Source: an uncultured cyanobacterium
GTDB taxonomy: Bacteria; Cyanobacteriota; Cyanobacteriia; PCC-9006; JAAUQQ01
Reading direction: 5' to 3'
Assembly: GCA_963718615.1 (NCBI GenBank)
Contig: OY970368.1
Coordinates: 2,816,001-2,880,000, forward strand
Length of the DNA: 64,000 nt
Shown here in pieces: positions 20,607-30,661 of this stretch. The position numbers were made by a program, and so were the translations under genes. The notes beneath the pieces were generated by a model. It was not told the DNA's origin. It saw nothing but the letters and a program-made list of their open reading frames with translations, and did no database searches. Positions within the stretch are counted from its first letter, which is position 1. Each line of letters opens with the position of its first letter.

Positions 20607-21839
20607 ATGCCTTCCTTGCCCTCGTCCTTTGTTGAACACCTGAGCGAATGGATTACTGCTCAATCTCACCAGCGCATTACGTTTGCCCAATATATGGATT
20701 GGGTGCTCTACTCTTCCCCAGGGGGCTACTACAGCAAAGGTATCGGTGTAGGACCCCAAGGCGATTTTGTAACTTCTCCCCATCTCAGCCATGATTTTGG
20801 TGAGCTCCTGGCGGTACAACTGGCCCAGATGTGGCAAGTGTTGGGCGGTCCGGAGTCTTTTGCTTTGGTCGAAATGGGCGCTGGACAGGGCCTGTTGGCG
20901 ATCGATATTTTGCGATTCCTCGCCCAGAATTTTCCCGATTGCTATGCCACCGTTGATTATTTGATAGTTGAAAAATCGACGGGATTGAGGCGATCGCAAC
21001 GCCAGCGCTGTCAAGCCGCCAATCTAGACCCCCTACCGCGCTGGCTCGACTGGGACGAGATTCCTGAAGACTCCCTCGTGGGCTGCTGTTTTTCCAATGA
21101 GCTGGTGGATGCGTTTCCAGTTCATCGAGTAGAGATTCAGGCCGGACAATTGCAGGAAGTCTATGTACAGGTTCAGCAACCCAGGGGGCTAGGGCCAACC
21201 GGTGCAATTGATGCAGCCGATGCAGCCGATGTAGCAACGCCCTTTGCAGAAACCCTAGGAGCCCCTTCCACGCCTGAACTTCAAGCCTATTTTGATGCTT
21301 TGGGCATCGATCTGAGTTCCTATCCTGATGGTTACCGTACCGAGGTCAATTTAGCGGCCCGAGACTGGCTAGAAACCGTGGCCAGCCGCCTGCGGCGCGG
21401 CTATTGCCTAACCGTTGACTATGGCTACAGTGCCGATCGCTATTACCTTCCTAGCCGCAGCCAGGGCACGCTCCAAGCCTATACCCGTCACCGTCACCAC
21501 AGTGATCCCTATATCAAGGTTGGCGACCAGGACTTAACGGCCCATGTGAATTTTACGGCGCTGGAGCAATGGGGTGAAGCCCTGGGCTTGCAGAAACTGG
21601 GTTTTACCCAGCAGGCTTTGTTTTTGATGGCCTTGGGATTGGGCGATCGCCTCACCGCCCTCGCCAGCAATGCCACCGACCTCACCGCCATACAGCAGGC
21701 CATCCAACGGCGGGAACAGCTCCATCAACTGATGAATCCTCTAGGTTTAGGCGGGTTTGGCGTGTTGCTCCAAGGCAAAGGGCTAACCCTAGCTGAACGG
21801 ACCGTTGCGCTTAAAGGTTGGTCATTACCCCAGCCATGA
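20607..21839 (+). CDS. SAM-dependent methyltransferase, NDUFAF7/MidA family
   Basis: ITFAQYM..LY..GGYY, GDFVTSP, VEMGAGQG, SNELVDAFP, QDLTAHVNF. Confidence 0.92.
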   Translation: MPSLPSSFVEHLSEWITAQSHQRITFAQYMDWVLYSSPGGYYSKGIGVGPQGDFVTSPHLSHDFGELLAVQLAQMWQVLGGPESFALVEMGAGQGLLAIDILRFLAQNFPDCYATVDYLIVEKSTGLRRSQRQRCQAANLDPLPRWLDWDEIPEDSLVGCCFSNELVDAFPVHRVEIQAGQLQEVYVQVQQPRGLGPTGAIDAADAADVATPFAETLGAPSTPELQAYFDALGIDLSSYPDGYRTEVNLAARDWLETVASRLRRGYCLTVDYGYSADRYYLPSRSQGTLQAYTRHRHHSDPYIKVGDQDLTAHVNFTALEQWGEALGLQKLGFTQQALFLMALGLGDRLTALASNATDLTAIQQAIQRREQLHQLMNPLGLGGFGVLLQGKGLTLAERTVALKGWSLPQP

Positions 21840-22160
21840 GCCATTAGAAAACTTAGAAAAACTGCATCAATGGTCACAGGAGTTGTAATCTCGCTTGAGC
21901 AAGTCAACTATCCCTCACTTTGGAGCAATGTAGGAGGTTCCGTTGTCAACTCTCTAGGCATTTTTTGTAGCTTGAATCACAGAAAGCGGTCCCTCGCTCT
22001 GAGAACGTAGTCAGATAGGTTTCAGCTCGTCCGCAATTGCCTGCTGAAGATGGGGAACGATAAATTCGACCCCCGGCCTTGGTAGCCTTGGGTTGCGGAC
22101 TAGAGTTGGGAGATGCATCGTCGGTGATTTTACTCCAAACCGATTCGTTCCACAGACTGC

Positions 22161-23201
22161 ATGATTTCTCACGTATTGTTGGACCGGCACAAAGTGAGTC
22201 TCTCCGAAAGCGCAGGTTCGGACTGCTTTCCGGTGGAGTACTCGACCCTTTCCTGTGATGCTCTAACCCAGCGTGTGTTGGCGCAGTATGCGATCGCGCC
22301 CGTCGTTTCCTGTCGGCTTTGGAACCGGGGCCTCAGCGATATTTATTTGGTCGAGACCCGAGACCAGCCCTACATTCTGCGAGTCTCCCATGCCCATTGG
22401 CGCAGTCAGGGGGAGGTTGAGTTTGAACTGGCGTTCCTTGACTGCCTTCGCCAACATGGTGTCCCCGTTGCCTATCCCCTGCTGACCCAGGCGGGAGATC
22501 TCTGTATCGAGATTGCGGCACCGGAAGGTAAGCGCTATGCAGCGCTGTTTGTCTTTGCCCTCGGCGATGTTCCGCTCTGTGATCTCAATCAGATTCAAGC
22601 TGCAGCCCTGGGAGCCAAAGTGGCTGAAGTCCATACCCTAGCCAGTCGATTTCGTCCCCCCTGCCATCGGCCTCCGCTGGTGTTAGATCATTTGTTGGAT
22701 GAGTCATTAACAACGATTTTGCCGTTTTTTGCCCAGCAACCGAAGGAGCAGCAGTATCTTCAGGATTTGCGATCGCAGCTCCAAGCCCGTCTAGCCCACC
22801 TCCCCCAAGAATCCCCCTACTGGGTCGTTTGCTGGGGGGATCCCCACAGCGGCAATGTTCACTTTACTCCCGAGGGTAATCTGACGCTGTTTGATTTTGA
22901 TCAGTGTGGTTATGGCTGGCGGACGTTTGATATTGCTAAGTTTTTGCAAACCTCGTTGCGTACCGGGCTTAACTTTGTCGCCCGTCAGGCCTTTCTAGAG
23001 GGCTATGAGTCGGTTGTGTCCCTAGAGGAATGGGAGCTGAGTTCCCTGGCGGATTTGGTGCAGGTGGCGCATATTTGGGGCTGGGCCATTCGTTTGAAAG
23101 CAGCGCAGTTGCATAGTTATAGTCAGTTAGACGATCGCTACTTTACCCAGCGTCTGCACCAGCTTAAGAGCTTTCGGCAGCAGAACTGGCAGTTATTTTA
23201 G
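22161..23201 (+). CDS. Phosphotransferase (APH / type II homoserine kinase-like)
   Basis: YILRVS, WGDPHSGNVHF (HGDxxxxN variant), LFDFD. Confidence 0.88.
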   Translation: MISHVLLDRHKVSLSESAGSDCFPVEYSTLSCDALTQRVLAQYAIAPVVSCRLWNRGLSDIYLVETRDQPYILRVSHAHWRSQGEVEFELAFLDCLRQHGVPVAYPLLTQAGDLCIEIAAPEGKRYAALFVFALGDVPLCDLNQIQAAALGAKVAEVHTLASRFRPPCHRPPLVLDHLLDESLTTILPFFAQQPKEQQYLQDLRSQLQARLAHLPQESPYWVVCWGDPHSGNVHFTPEGNLTLFDFDQCGYGWRTFDIAKFLQTSLRTGLNFVARQAFLEGYESVVSLEEWELSSLADLVQVAHIWGWAIRLKAAQLHSYSQLDDRYFTQRLHQLKSFRQQNWQLF

Positions 23202-23770
23202 GCATTAAGAAACAAGATATTGGCGTAGAGGGTTGCGATCGCCACCTCAACACCCAAGCTTTCCAACCTCACGACGTCTCCCTTCCCATAGGGAGAGTAG
23301 AGCCACATGCGACCCTCTCCCCGTCGATAGACCTCTACCCCTATTTTGCTGGCATTGACTAGCACGTACTCCTGCAAGGACTCAATCTGACGATACTCAT
23401 TCCATTTATCTCCCCGATCTACAGATTCGGTACCCGGAGAGAGAACCTCAACGATCAAAGTTGGAAATCGAACGAACTTTGCTTCTTGAAAATCGCGATC
23501 ATCACAGGTCACTAGCAAGTCAGGATAACGATAACTTCCCTGCTTCGTCACTTGAAGCTTGACATCCGCAATATTGATACGACCCCCCCTCTCCCGCACA
23601 ACGCCATGGATAGACGTTAAAAGATTAACCGCAATATCGTTATGGGGAACGGTTCCCCCCGTCATGGCGACTAAGACCCCGCTGACATATTCGTAGCGCA
23701 GCTCTTGCCGGGGTTCCCAGGCCAGATATTCTTCAGCGGATAAGGTGAAACTGCTTGGAGTCGCAATCAT
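23198..23770 (-). CDS. Uma2 family endonuclease
   Basis: LSAEEYLAWE, MTGGTVPHN, YPDL, VEVLSPGT...DRGDK. Confidence 0.92.
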   Translation of the reverse strand: MIATPSSFTLSAEEYLAWEPRQELRYEYVSGVLVAMTGGTVPHNDIAVNLLTSIHGVVRERGGRINIADVKLQVTKQGSYRYPDLLVTCDDRDFQEAKFVRFPTLIVEVLSPGTESVDRGDKWNEYRQIESLQEYVLVNASKIGVEVYRRGEGRMWLYSPYGKGDVVRLESLGVEVAIATLYANILFLNA

Positions 23771-23896
23771 TAATGTTCCCCATTAAAACATCTAGCCCAT
23801 ACATATCTGGCCCATAGGGGGTTGTTTTGCTACAGACGCTTGACGGCCTCTCAGGAAATCGGCAAAGCTTAGGTGAGATCCGTTTGCTGTACCCCC

Positions 23897-24661
23897 ATGG
23901 CCATTATCTCGCTGAAAGCTTGGTATCTCCAAGAATACGAGCCTGTTCGAGACTTAGAAAACCGTCCCCACGATTTGCGGCTGAGCAAAAGCAGTTTGCT
24001 CAAATCAGCACTGCGGGCAGATTTTTTGGATGAAGCCGCCGAGGTCAAACAATCCGAGTGGTTTCAGCGCTATCTCGAAGGAGAACTGGTGGAGTTTTAC
24101 ATTGAGGGAAGCGGGGGGTATGGGATCGCCAACATCGACCTCGTCAGCCATGAAATTTATTTCACCAAGCGGGACGTCCTCTCCAATCTAGACCCAACAA
24201 TTTTTTTCAGCTACCAAACCGAATACAGCGAATCCGGTGAGCTACTGCGGACAGCGCTGAAACAGGCGATCGAAAAATTTAACAAAAAATCTCGCATCCC
24301 CCTCACCCTCGAAGAATCCAACCGCCTCAGTGACGGTCCCCTGCGGCTACAAAGCACACTGATGCGGAAACTGCGCAAAAGCCTGCTGTTCATCGCTGAT
24401 GCCACCCCCATCGTGGCGCTGGAAGACAGTCCGCCTCTACTCTTCCCGAGCCCTGCCGTCTGCGTCGAAGTAGGCTACGCGCTCCAGTGCAAGCGACCCG
24501 AACAAATCCTGATTGGGCAACAAACCCGCAGCGATCTGCCCGGTCAGTTTTCCTTCGATGTTGCCCCCGGCCAACGCTTCCAGTTCAAGACCGAAGCCGA
24601 CCTACGCAAAACCCTGGGAAGCCTCCTAGAAGAGCAATTGCAGCGGTTCAACCTCCTCTAG
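23897..24661 (+). CDS. Hypothetical protein with a C-terminal TIR/NDT-like domain
   Basis: ATG 23897 MAIISLKAWYLQEY; C-terminal half has IFFSYQ, LLFIADATP and SPAVCVEVGYAL. Confidence 0.75.
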   Translation: MAIISLKAWYLQEYEPVRDLENRPHDLRLSKSSLLKSALRADFLDEAAEVKQSEWFQRYLEGELVEFYIEGSGGYGIANIDLVSHEIYFTKRDVLSNLDPTIFFSYQTEYSESGELLRTALKQAIEKFNKKSRIPLTLEESNRLSDGPLRLQSTLMRKLRKSLLFIADATPIVALEDSPPLLFPSPAVCVEVGYALQCKRPEQILIGQQTRSDLPGQFSFDVAPGQRFQFKTEADLRKTLGSLLEEQLQRFNLL

Positions 24662-24899
24662 CGCCGGTAGATACCAACTTCCATAGGACACAATCGCAAA
24701 TTTCCGGGGGATTGCGGGTAAGTTTTTGACAGCGATTAGCCCATCCTAAAGGAGAGAAAATGCCGTTTCCGACGGTAGAGACAGATTCGTCTCTAAACTT
24801 CCTCGATAATCGTTAAACTAATTCGGTTAGCTTTCCATCCTCGGGGCTTCTCCCAATGGGAACATTCCCCGCTAACTGAAACCCCGTAAGGAGCGTCCT

Positions 24900-25154
24900 A
24901 TGGCCAGAACTGCAAGCGAATATGCGGTCCACCTCTTCTTCGAAGGAGGACTGAAGGAAGAAGTCCGGTTTCCCACGATTCAGGATTTTCAAAAATGGTA
25001 TAGCAGCGAGCTCATGCCCAAATCTGACTCCACAGACTTCATTAAGGTCCCCATCAAAAATGTCGAAGGGGAATACATGGTCGCCCGTCCCGCCAAAATC
25101 ATGGCCCTGCGGGTCGAACCGATTTTCTCGTCCAGTGTCGAGCGTTTCTACTAA
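24900..25154 (+). CDS. Small hypothetical protein (84 aa)
   Basis: AGGAG Shine-Dalgarno before the ATG; protein-like composition. Confidence 0.75.
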   Translation: MARTASEYAVHLFFEGGLKEEVRFPTIQDFQKWYSSELMPKSDSTDFIKVPIKNVEGEYMVARPAKIMALRVEPIFSSSVERFY

Positions 25155-25181
25155 CCTCTCGTGAGGCAGGAAAAAGACCCT

Positions 25182-26486
25182 ATGACGTTTCAACCGCTGG
25201 TGGCAGGCGCGATCGCCACCAGCCTCCTTGGTCTGCTCAGCATTCCCCTCGCTGCCTGCAACCCCCAAGCCACCGCCACCGTTCCTGCCAACCCAACCGC
25301 TACACCCAGTTCCGCTCCCCCTCTTACCCCATCACCTGCCACCCCATCACCCGCCACCCCATCACCCGCCACCCCATCACCCCCAGCCCTAAAATCCCTC
25401 AGCCAACCGCCGAACCTGGGCTTAGATACCCAGATTTGGGGTGAACAGGAGTCTGAACGGGGGGGCGATCGCGCAGCCCTGCTCACCGCCATTGACCACA
25501 GCCTTCGCTATCTCGACACCCCCAAAGCTGCCGAAGATTACAAAACCTATCCCATTCCTGGCGTTACCCAAGACCGGGTAAGGCGCAGCCTGCGACGGTT
25601 CCGGCAGCTCGTCCGCTATAGTGGCTCAGCCCAGGCCCTACGCAAGGCCGTTCAGCGAGAATTCGAGTTTTATCAGGCGAGCGGTAACGATGGTCAAGGG
25701 ACCGTTCATTTCACTGGCTACTTTGAGCCCACTTACGCCGCCAGCGCCAGTCCGACCGCTGAATATCGTTATCCCCTGTTCAAACGCCCTACCGACCTCG
25801 ACCAGTGGCCCAAACCCCACCCCGATCGCCTTGCCCTCGAAGGCAAAGACGGTTTGCAGGCTAGTCAGGGTAAACTCAAGGGACTAGAACTGGTATGGCT
25901 CAAGAGTCGGCTCGAAGCCTTTTTGGTGCAGGTGCAGGGTTCCGCCAAGCTTGCTCTGACTGACGGTAGTACAATGACAGTAGGCTATGCGGGTCGAACC
26001 GACTATCCTTACGTCAGCGTGGGCCGCGAGCTCGTCAACGACGGCAAGTTTACCCTTGAGGACCTGTCTCTTCCCGTCATGCTGAATTACTTTCGCCAAA
26101 ACCCTCAGAGCCTGGACGAATATCTACCGCGTAATTCGCGATTTGTCTTTTTCAAGGAAACCGGTGGGGCACCGGCAACGGGCAGTCTTGCGGTTCCGGT
26201 GACGGCAGGTCGCTCCATCGCCACCGACAAGTCCCTTATGCCGCCGGGAGCGTTGGCGCTGCTCGAAACCCCATTGCCCACCCCATTACCCCATACCGAA
26301 GGGCCAGGTCGCTACCGTAAACAAACCGTAAGCCGCTTTGTTCTGGATCAGGACACGGGAGGGGCTATCCAGGGCGCAGGCCGAGTTGACTTATTCGTGG
26401 GCACGGGGGTTGAAGCGGGCGATCGCGCCGGACTCATCAACGACACCGGACAGCTCTATTACCTCTTACTCAAGGATGGATTCTAG
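25182..26486 (+). CDS. mltA: Membrane-bound lytic murein transglycosylase A (lipoprotein)
   Basis: Lipobox LAAC; FTGYFEP, QVQGS, SIATD, QDTGGAI.G..RVDLFVG. Confidence 0.93.
   Translation: MTFQPLVAGAIATSLLGLLSIPLAACNPQATATVPANPTATPSSAPPLTPSPATPSPATPSPATPSPPALKSLSQPPNLGLDTQIWGEQESERGGDRAALLTAIDHSLRYLDTPKAAEDYKTYPIPGVTQDRVRRSLRRFRQLVRYSGSAQALRKAVQREFEFYQASGNDGQGTVHFTGYFEPTYAASASPTAEYRYPLFKRPTDLDQWPKPHPDRLALEGKDGLQASQGKLKGLELVWLKSRLEAFLVQVQGSAKLALTDGSTMTVGYAGRTDYPYVSVGRELVNDGKFTLEDLSLPVMLNYFRQNPQSLDEYLPRNSRFVFFKETGGAPATGSLAVPVTAGRSIATDKSLMPPGALALLETPLPTPLPHTEGPGRYRKQTVSRFVLDQDTGGAIQGAGRVDLFVGTGVEAGDRAGLINDTGQLYYLLLKDGF
25326..25385 (+). repeat. 15-bp tandem repeat x4 encoding a TPSPA linker
   Basis: ACCCCATCACC(T/C)GCC x3 plus ACCCCATCACCCCCA. 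Confidence 0.95.
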
Positions 26487-28560
26487 CCTTGCGATTACCC
26501 TCGTGATGATTTTTACGATCGTCGCAGGGATTGGAGCCCAGGTGCTAGCAGCCTATCTGAAGCTGCCGAGCATTGTCTTTCTGCTGCTGTTTGGGATGGC
26601 GCTGGGCCGGGATGGCTTGGGGCTGATCCAGCCCCAGTTGATTGGCCATGGCTTAGATGTGATTGTGGCCATGGCCGTGGCGCTGATTTTGTTTGAAGGG
26701 GGCCTCAATCTGGAGCTGCGGGAGCTGGGCCGGGTCTCGGGCAGTTTACGCAATTTGGTGACCCTGGGCACTCTGATTACGCTTTTGGGGGGCAGCATGG
26801 CAGCCCACTGGCTGAGTGAGTTTCCCTGGCCCATTGCCTTTTTGTATGCTGCCATCGTGGTGGTTACGGGTCCAACGGTCACAGGGCCATTGCTTCAGCA
26901 GGTGAGTGTCGATCGCAAAGTCGCAGCCCTCCTGGAGGGGGAAGGTGTTCTCATTGATCCCGTGGGGGCGATCCTGGCGGTGGTCGTTCTTGATCTGATT
27001 CTCAATGCCAATGCCAATCCCCTAGATGCGGTGGGAGGTCTGTTTTTACGCTTGGGGATTGGTGGGTTAATTGGAGCGGTGGGCGGTGGGCTCATCGGCT
27101 TGTTTCTCAAGCGGGCCAAGTTTCTCAGTGAAGAGCTCAAAAACCTGGTGGTATTAGCGGGGGCCTGGGGGCTATTTGGTTTGGCCCAATATATCCGCAG
27201 CGAATCGGGGCTGATGACCGCCGTGATTGCGGGCCTGGTGGTTGGCTCAGCGGCAGTGCCGGGGGAGCGGATGCTGCGGCGGTTTAAGGGACAGCTCACG
27301 GTGTTGTCGATTTCGGTTTTGTTTATTTTGTTGGCGGCAGACTTATCCATTGCCAGTGTGTTTGCTCTGGAATGGGGCGGCCTCTTTACGGTTCTGGCGC
27401 TGATGTTTTTGGTGCGGCCTTTGAATATCTGGAGCTGCACGCTACAGAGTGACCTGAATTGGCGGCAAAAGCTTTTTATGAGCTGGATTGCGCCCAGGGG
27501 GATTGTCTCGGCATCCGTGGCTTCTCTGTTCGGCATTTTACTGACGGAGCGGGGCATCAATGGGGGGGATTCTATTAAGGCCCTGGTTTTTCTCACCATT
27601 ATTTTGACGGTGTTTTTGCAAGGGCTGACGGCTAAACCCATTGCCCAACTGCTGGGGATCACCTCTGCGGAGACCCGTGGTGTGATGATTGTGGGGGCCA
27701 ATCCCCTCAGTAAGCTGGTGGGACGTCTGATTCAGGCGGAAGGTCAATCCATTGTGATTATTGACTCCGATGAAGCGGCCTTAAAAAAGGTCGAACAGGA
27801 GGATTTACCGACGGAACTGAGCAGCGCCTTTGACGACGAGGCCCTAGAAGAAGCGGGGATTGATACGGTCGGAACTGTGCTGGTGATGACGAGCAATAGT
27901 GAAGTCAACCAGGCGATCGCCCAGCGGATCACAGAAGAATTTAGCCCCCCCCGAGTCCTAGCCCTTTCGCCAGGAGAGGCCGGAACCCGCGCATCGCTCA
28001 ATCCCAAAATTGGTGAAGCTTTCCTGAAAAATTTACCAATCAAAACCTGGAACCAATACCTTAGTGAAGGGTCAATCCGAGTGGGAATGACACAGCTACG
28101 GGAGGTGGGGTTTGATCTGCAAAAGGTTCACCTTGAGGCGTTGATGCGATCGCAGGAATTAGTGCCGCTGTTGCTAGGACGGCAGGAGCGCCTACAGATT
28201 TGTGCCGCTGGAGAAGAGTGGAAACCGGGCGATCGCCTGATCTATCTCCTGCATGATCCCAAGCCCAAACTACTCAAACGCCTCTCTGGAAATGCCCAAC
28301 CCAAGCTGACGATCGAAAAACTCCCTGCCGTTGAAGAAATTCCTGTTCCACCGTCACCGCCTTCTGCTAGCGAAGAACTGGTTGCTGCGGGAGTCCCGGC
28401 ATTGGCAACCGAGGATCTCTCCGAGGACTCGTCCAAGAATGCCTCGATGGAGCTCCCCCTTGATCCCTCGTTGGATCAAGTAGCTCAAAAGCCTAGAACA
28501 CCCAACGCGCCCAGCAGGGCCACCAGCCCAAACAGGACCAAAATAGCCCCTGATCCATAG
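26476..28560 (+). CDS. CPA1 cation:proton antiporter with C-terminal TrkA-N/RCK domain (NhaS5-like)
   Basis: ILFEGGL, VTGPTV, LEGEGVLIDP, WIAPRGIV; ATG 26476 overlaps the end of mltA. Confidence 0.9.
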   Translation: MDSSLAITLVMIFTIVAGIGAQVLAAYLKLPSIVFLLLFGMALGRDGLGLIQPQLIGHGLDVIVAMAVALILFEGGLNLELRELGRVSGSLRNLVTLGTLITLLGGSMAAHWLSEFPWPIAFLYAAIVVVTGPTVTGPLLQQVSVDRKVAALLEGEGVLIDPVGAILAVVVLDLILNANANPLDAVGGLFLRLGIGGLIGAVGGGLIGLFLKRAKFLSEELKNLVVLAGAWGLFGLAQYIRSESGLMTAVIAGLVVGSAAVPGERMLRRFKGQLTVLSISVLFILLAADLSIASVFALEWGGLFTVLALMFLVRPLNIWSCTLQSDLNWRQKLFMSWIAPRGIVSASVASLFGILLTERGINGGDSIKALVFLTIILTVFLQGLTAKPIAQLLGITSAETRGVMIVGANPLSKLVGRLIQAEGQSIVIIDSDEAALKKVEQEDLPTELSSAFDDEALEEAGIDTVGTVLVMTSNSEVNQAIAQRITEEFSPPRVLALSPGEAGTRASLNPKIGEAFLKNLPIKTWNQYLSEGSIRVGMTQLREVGFDLQKVHLEALMRSQELVPLLLGRQERLQICAAGEEWKPGDRLIYLLHDPKPKLLKRLSGNAQPKLTIEKLPAVEEIPVPPSPPSASEELVAAGVPALATEDLSEDSSKNASMELPLDPSLDQVAQKPRTPNAPSRATSPNRTKIAPDP

Positions 28561-29168
28561 TGAATGCCGGTGAGCCATGGCGGAGACAGATGTTGCCGCA
28601 ACTGCTGAATGAGGCTACACAGAAACAGCCACCAAAGGGCTGAGCCCAGAAAAACACCCAGGATTAACGCCCAAGCATCGTTATGCACCCTAGGCTGGGC
28701 GGCGGCTGGGTTGGCAGCGGTCCCGAGCCCCAAACCGGCAAACATCGCAACAAACGAAAGAATGGTTGCGGGGTTGGTGAGGGTAAGGGCGAGGGCTGAA
28801 CCGTAGGCGCTGAGGCGAGATTGAGGGGGGGGTGGGGCGATCGCCCCAGCGGAGGACTGGGCAGAGGGGGGAGCAACAGTCTGGGCAAAAACCGTTCGAC
28901 CGCCCAGATAGAGCAAAAACAGTCCCCCCAGACTCTGCATGATCGTTCGCTGAGCAACTAAGAACTCAGACAGCGTAACCAGTCCAAACCCAGCAATACT
29001 GCCATAGAGGGCATCTGCCGTCGCGGCCCCCAGACCTGAAACAAATCCAGTCCACCAGCCCTGGCTGAGGGTGCGGCGAATACAGAGAATACCAATGGGG
29101 CCAACGGGAGCGGCGATCGCCAATCCTAAAACGATGCCTTTCAAGAAAATTTGAATCAGCATCTCCAT
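28485..29168 (-). CDS. LysE family translocator
   Basis: GLAIAAPVGPIGILCIRR, GLGAATADALY, LTLTNPATILSF. Confidence 0.92.
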   Translation of the reverse strand: MEMLIQIFLKGIVLGLAIAAPVGPIGILCIRRTLSQGWWTGFVSGLGAATADALYGSIAGFGLVTLSEFLVAQRTIMQSLGGLFLLYLGGRTVFAQTVAPPSAQSSAGAIAPPPPQSRLSAYGSALALTLTNPATILSFVAMFAGLGLGTAANPAAAQPRVHNDAWALILGVFLGSALWWLFLCSLIQQLRQHLSPPWLTGIHYGSGAILVLFGLVALLGALGVLGF

Positions 29169-29216
29169 ACCTCTGCAAGATCTTGCGCCCTTGAACCCAT
29201 ACATTACTCGCTTAAA

Positions 29217-30080
29217 TTACTCGCTACGCAGCAGCCAAAATCCGCTGTAGGTCATGCCGGAATCATCCGGTTGGATCAACAAAAAATGCAGCCCCGCTGC
29301 TGCCTGTTGCCGCTGCTGAAACGTTCGTGCCGCTCGGGCCATATCCGCATCTTCAAAGGTTGCCATCACCCAGCGTTCCGCCAACCCCGCTGCCAAAATC
29401 ACCCCATCCGGTGCACCCGGACTATAGTGCAGCCTATAGGGGCGGATAGTTTGTAGCCATCGCGCTAAGGGCATCGCCGCCCGCCCAGCCTCGATGATGA
29501 CACCGGGAATGGGTAACGTTGAGGCTAAACCCAGGGACAAGGGCCAATGGGACTGAGGGAGATGGAGGATAGGAATGGGGCGATCGCGAAACCCCTCCAC
29601 TAACTCCCCCGCCGGTAAGGCCGCAAACTGCCAGCGATCGCCCCGCAACCGTTCGGGCAAAGGTTGAGGGGGCAACTGTTCGATCGCCACAGGGTCCCAA
29701 CTAGAATCCCAGCCAGAATTCCTGCCCGATTGCACCAGAGTTTGCAGAATCTGTTTGATCGCGGGGGTCTGGCGGGTCGCTTCGACGTTAAGGCCCAAGG
29801 GTTTGGCTCCAGCGGCAATCAAGCTAAAGCTTTGGGGTCGAAAAACTTGGAGGATTGGATGCTGAGCCTTGGCGATTGGAGATGGCTCTAGAGCGGCTCG
29901 GGATTGCAAGGCGGTTTGCAGTTGATGGGTCACCCAAGCCGCAGTGATCTCCGCCTGGGGAGCCTGGGCAGACCATTGCCACTGACCATCCGCACTGCAC
30001 AGCAGGAGTTCCCAAAGGGGGTTGCCTGCGGCGTCCGTTTGGGGGCGACGGGACAGATCGGCCTGCCAAGGGTCGTGCAT
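29217..30080 (-). CDS. Tab2/Atab2 family RNA-binding protein
   Basis: WQADL.RRP..D..G.PLWELLLC, VFRPQ, GLHFLLIQPDDSGMTYSGFWLL. Confidence 0.85.
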   Translation of the reverse strand: MHDPWQADLSRRPQTDAAGNPLWELLLCSADGQWQWSAQAPQAEITAAWVTHQLQTALQSRAALEPSPIAKAQHPILQVFRPQSFSLIAAGAKPLGLNVEATRQTPAIKQILQTLVQSGRNSGWDSSWDPVAIEQLPPQPLPERLRGDRWQFAALPAGELVEGFRDRPIPILHLPQSHWPLSLGLASTLPIPGVIIEAGRAAMPLARWLQTIRPYRLHYSPGAPDGVILAAGLAERWVMATFEDADMARAARTFQQRQQAAAGLHFLLIQPDDSGMTYSGFWLLRSE

Positions 30081-30307
30081 AAAAATTACTGCGAGGTTGC
30101 CTTAACGATTCTATGATTTTTGGTGCTGGTATGGTCTAGCGAAGGGTTTGCCCGCACTGGAGCCGATCACTTGAGGGATGGCCTGGGGGCCTTGCCTAGA
30201 GTCCTTGCCTAGAGTCCTTGCCTGGGGGATTGCTTGACTATCCTCATAAGTTCCTCAACTTTTAGCCCTATCTTGAGGACATTGAGGGATAGCGAGGTCA
30301 AACAGCG

Positions 30308-30661
30308 ATGGATAGGGATATTAAAAACGGAGCGGCTGTCGATAGCGATCGCAGCGTTGATGTCAAAGCCGTTGAAGTTGGCACTGAGCCATCAGACAAT
30401 GCCCAGGATAATGTCAAAACAGAGGAGTTCCGAGTTCAAGGGGAAGAGCTAGTCTCAAAAATCAAAGAATTGGTGCATGAAGGCAATATTCGTCGCATTA
30501 TCGTCAAAAATGAATCAAATCATACTTTGATTGAGATTCCGTTGACAGTGGGGGTTGTGGGTGGGGTTCTCAGTGCTGCCTTCTTCCCCGTTTTAGCGGC
30601 ATTGGGTGCCATTGGCGCGGTGGTCGCTCACCTGACGTTGGTGATTGAAAAGCGGCAGTAG
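30308..30661 (+). CDS. DUF4342 domain protein
   Basis: EEFRVQGEELVSKIKELVHEGNIRRIIVK...IEIPLTVG. Confidence 0.85.
   Translation: MDRDIKNGAAVDSDRSVDVKAVEVGTEPSDNAQDNVKTEEFRVQGEELVSKIKELVHEGNIRRIIVKNESNHTLIEIPLTVGVVGGVLSAAFFPVLAALGAIGAVVAHLTLVIEKRQ

Noticed and set aside
22044-22080. Hammerhead ribozyme (CTGAAGA followed by a stem)
   Set aside because: The required GAAA after stem II is absent (CGGCC instead)
10099-23770. Two Uma2 nucleases as a defence system
   Set aside because: This family is highly expanded and dispersed in cyanobacteria; the two genes are 12 kb apart with no partner genes
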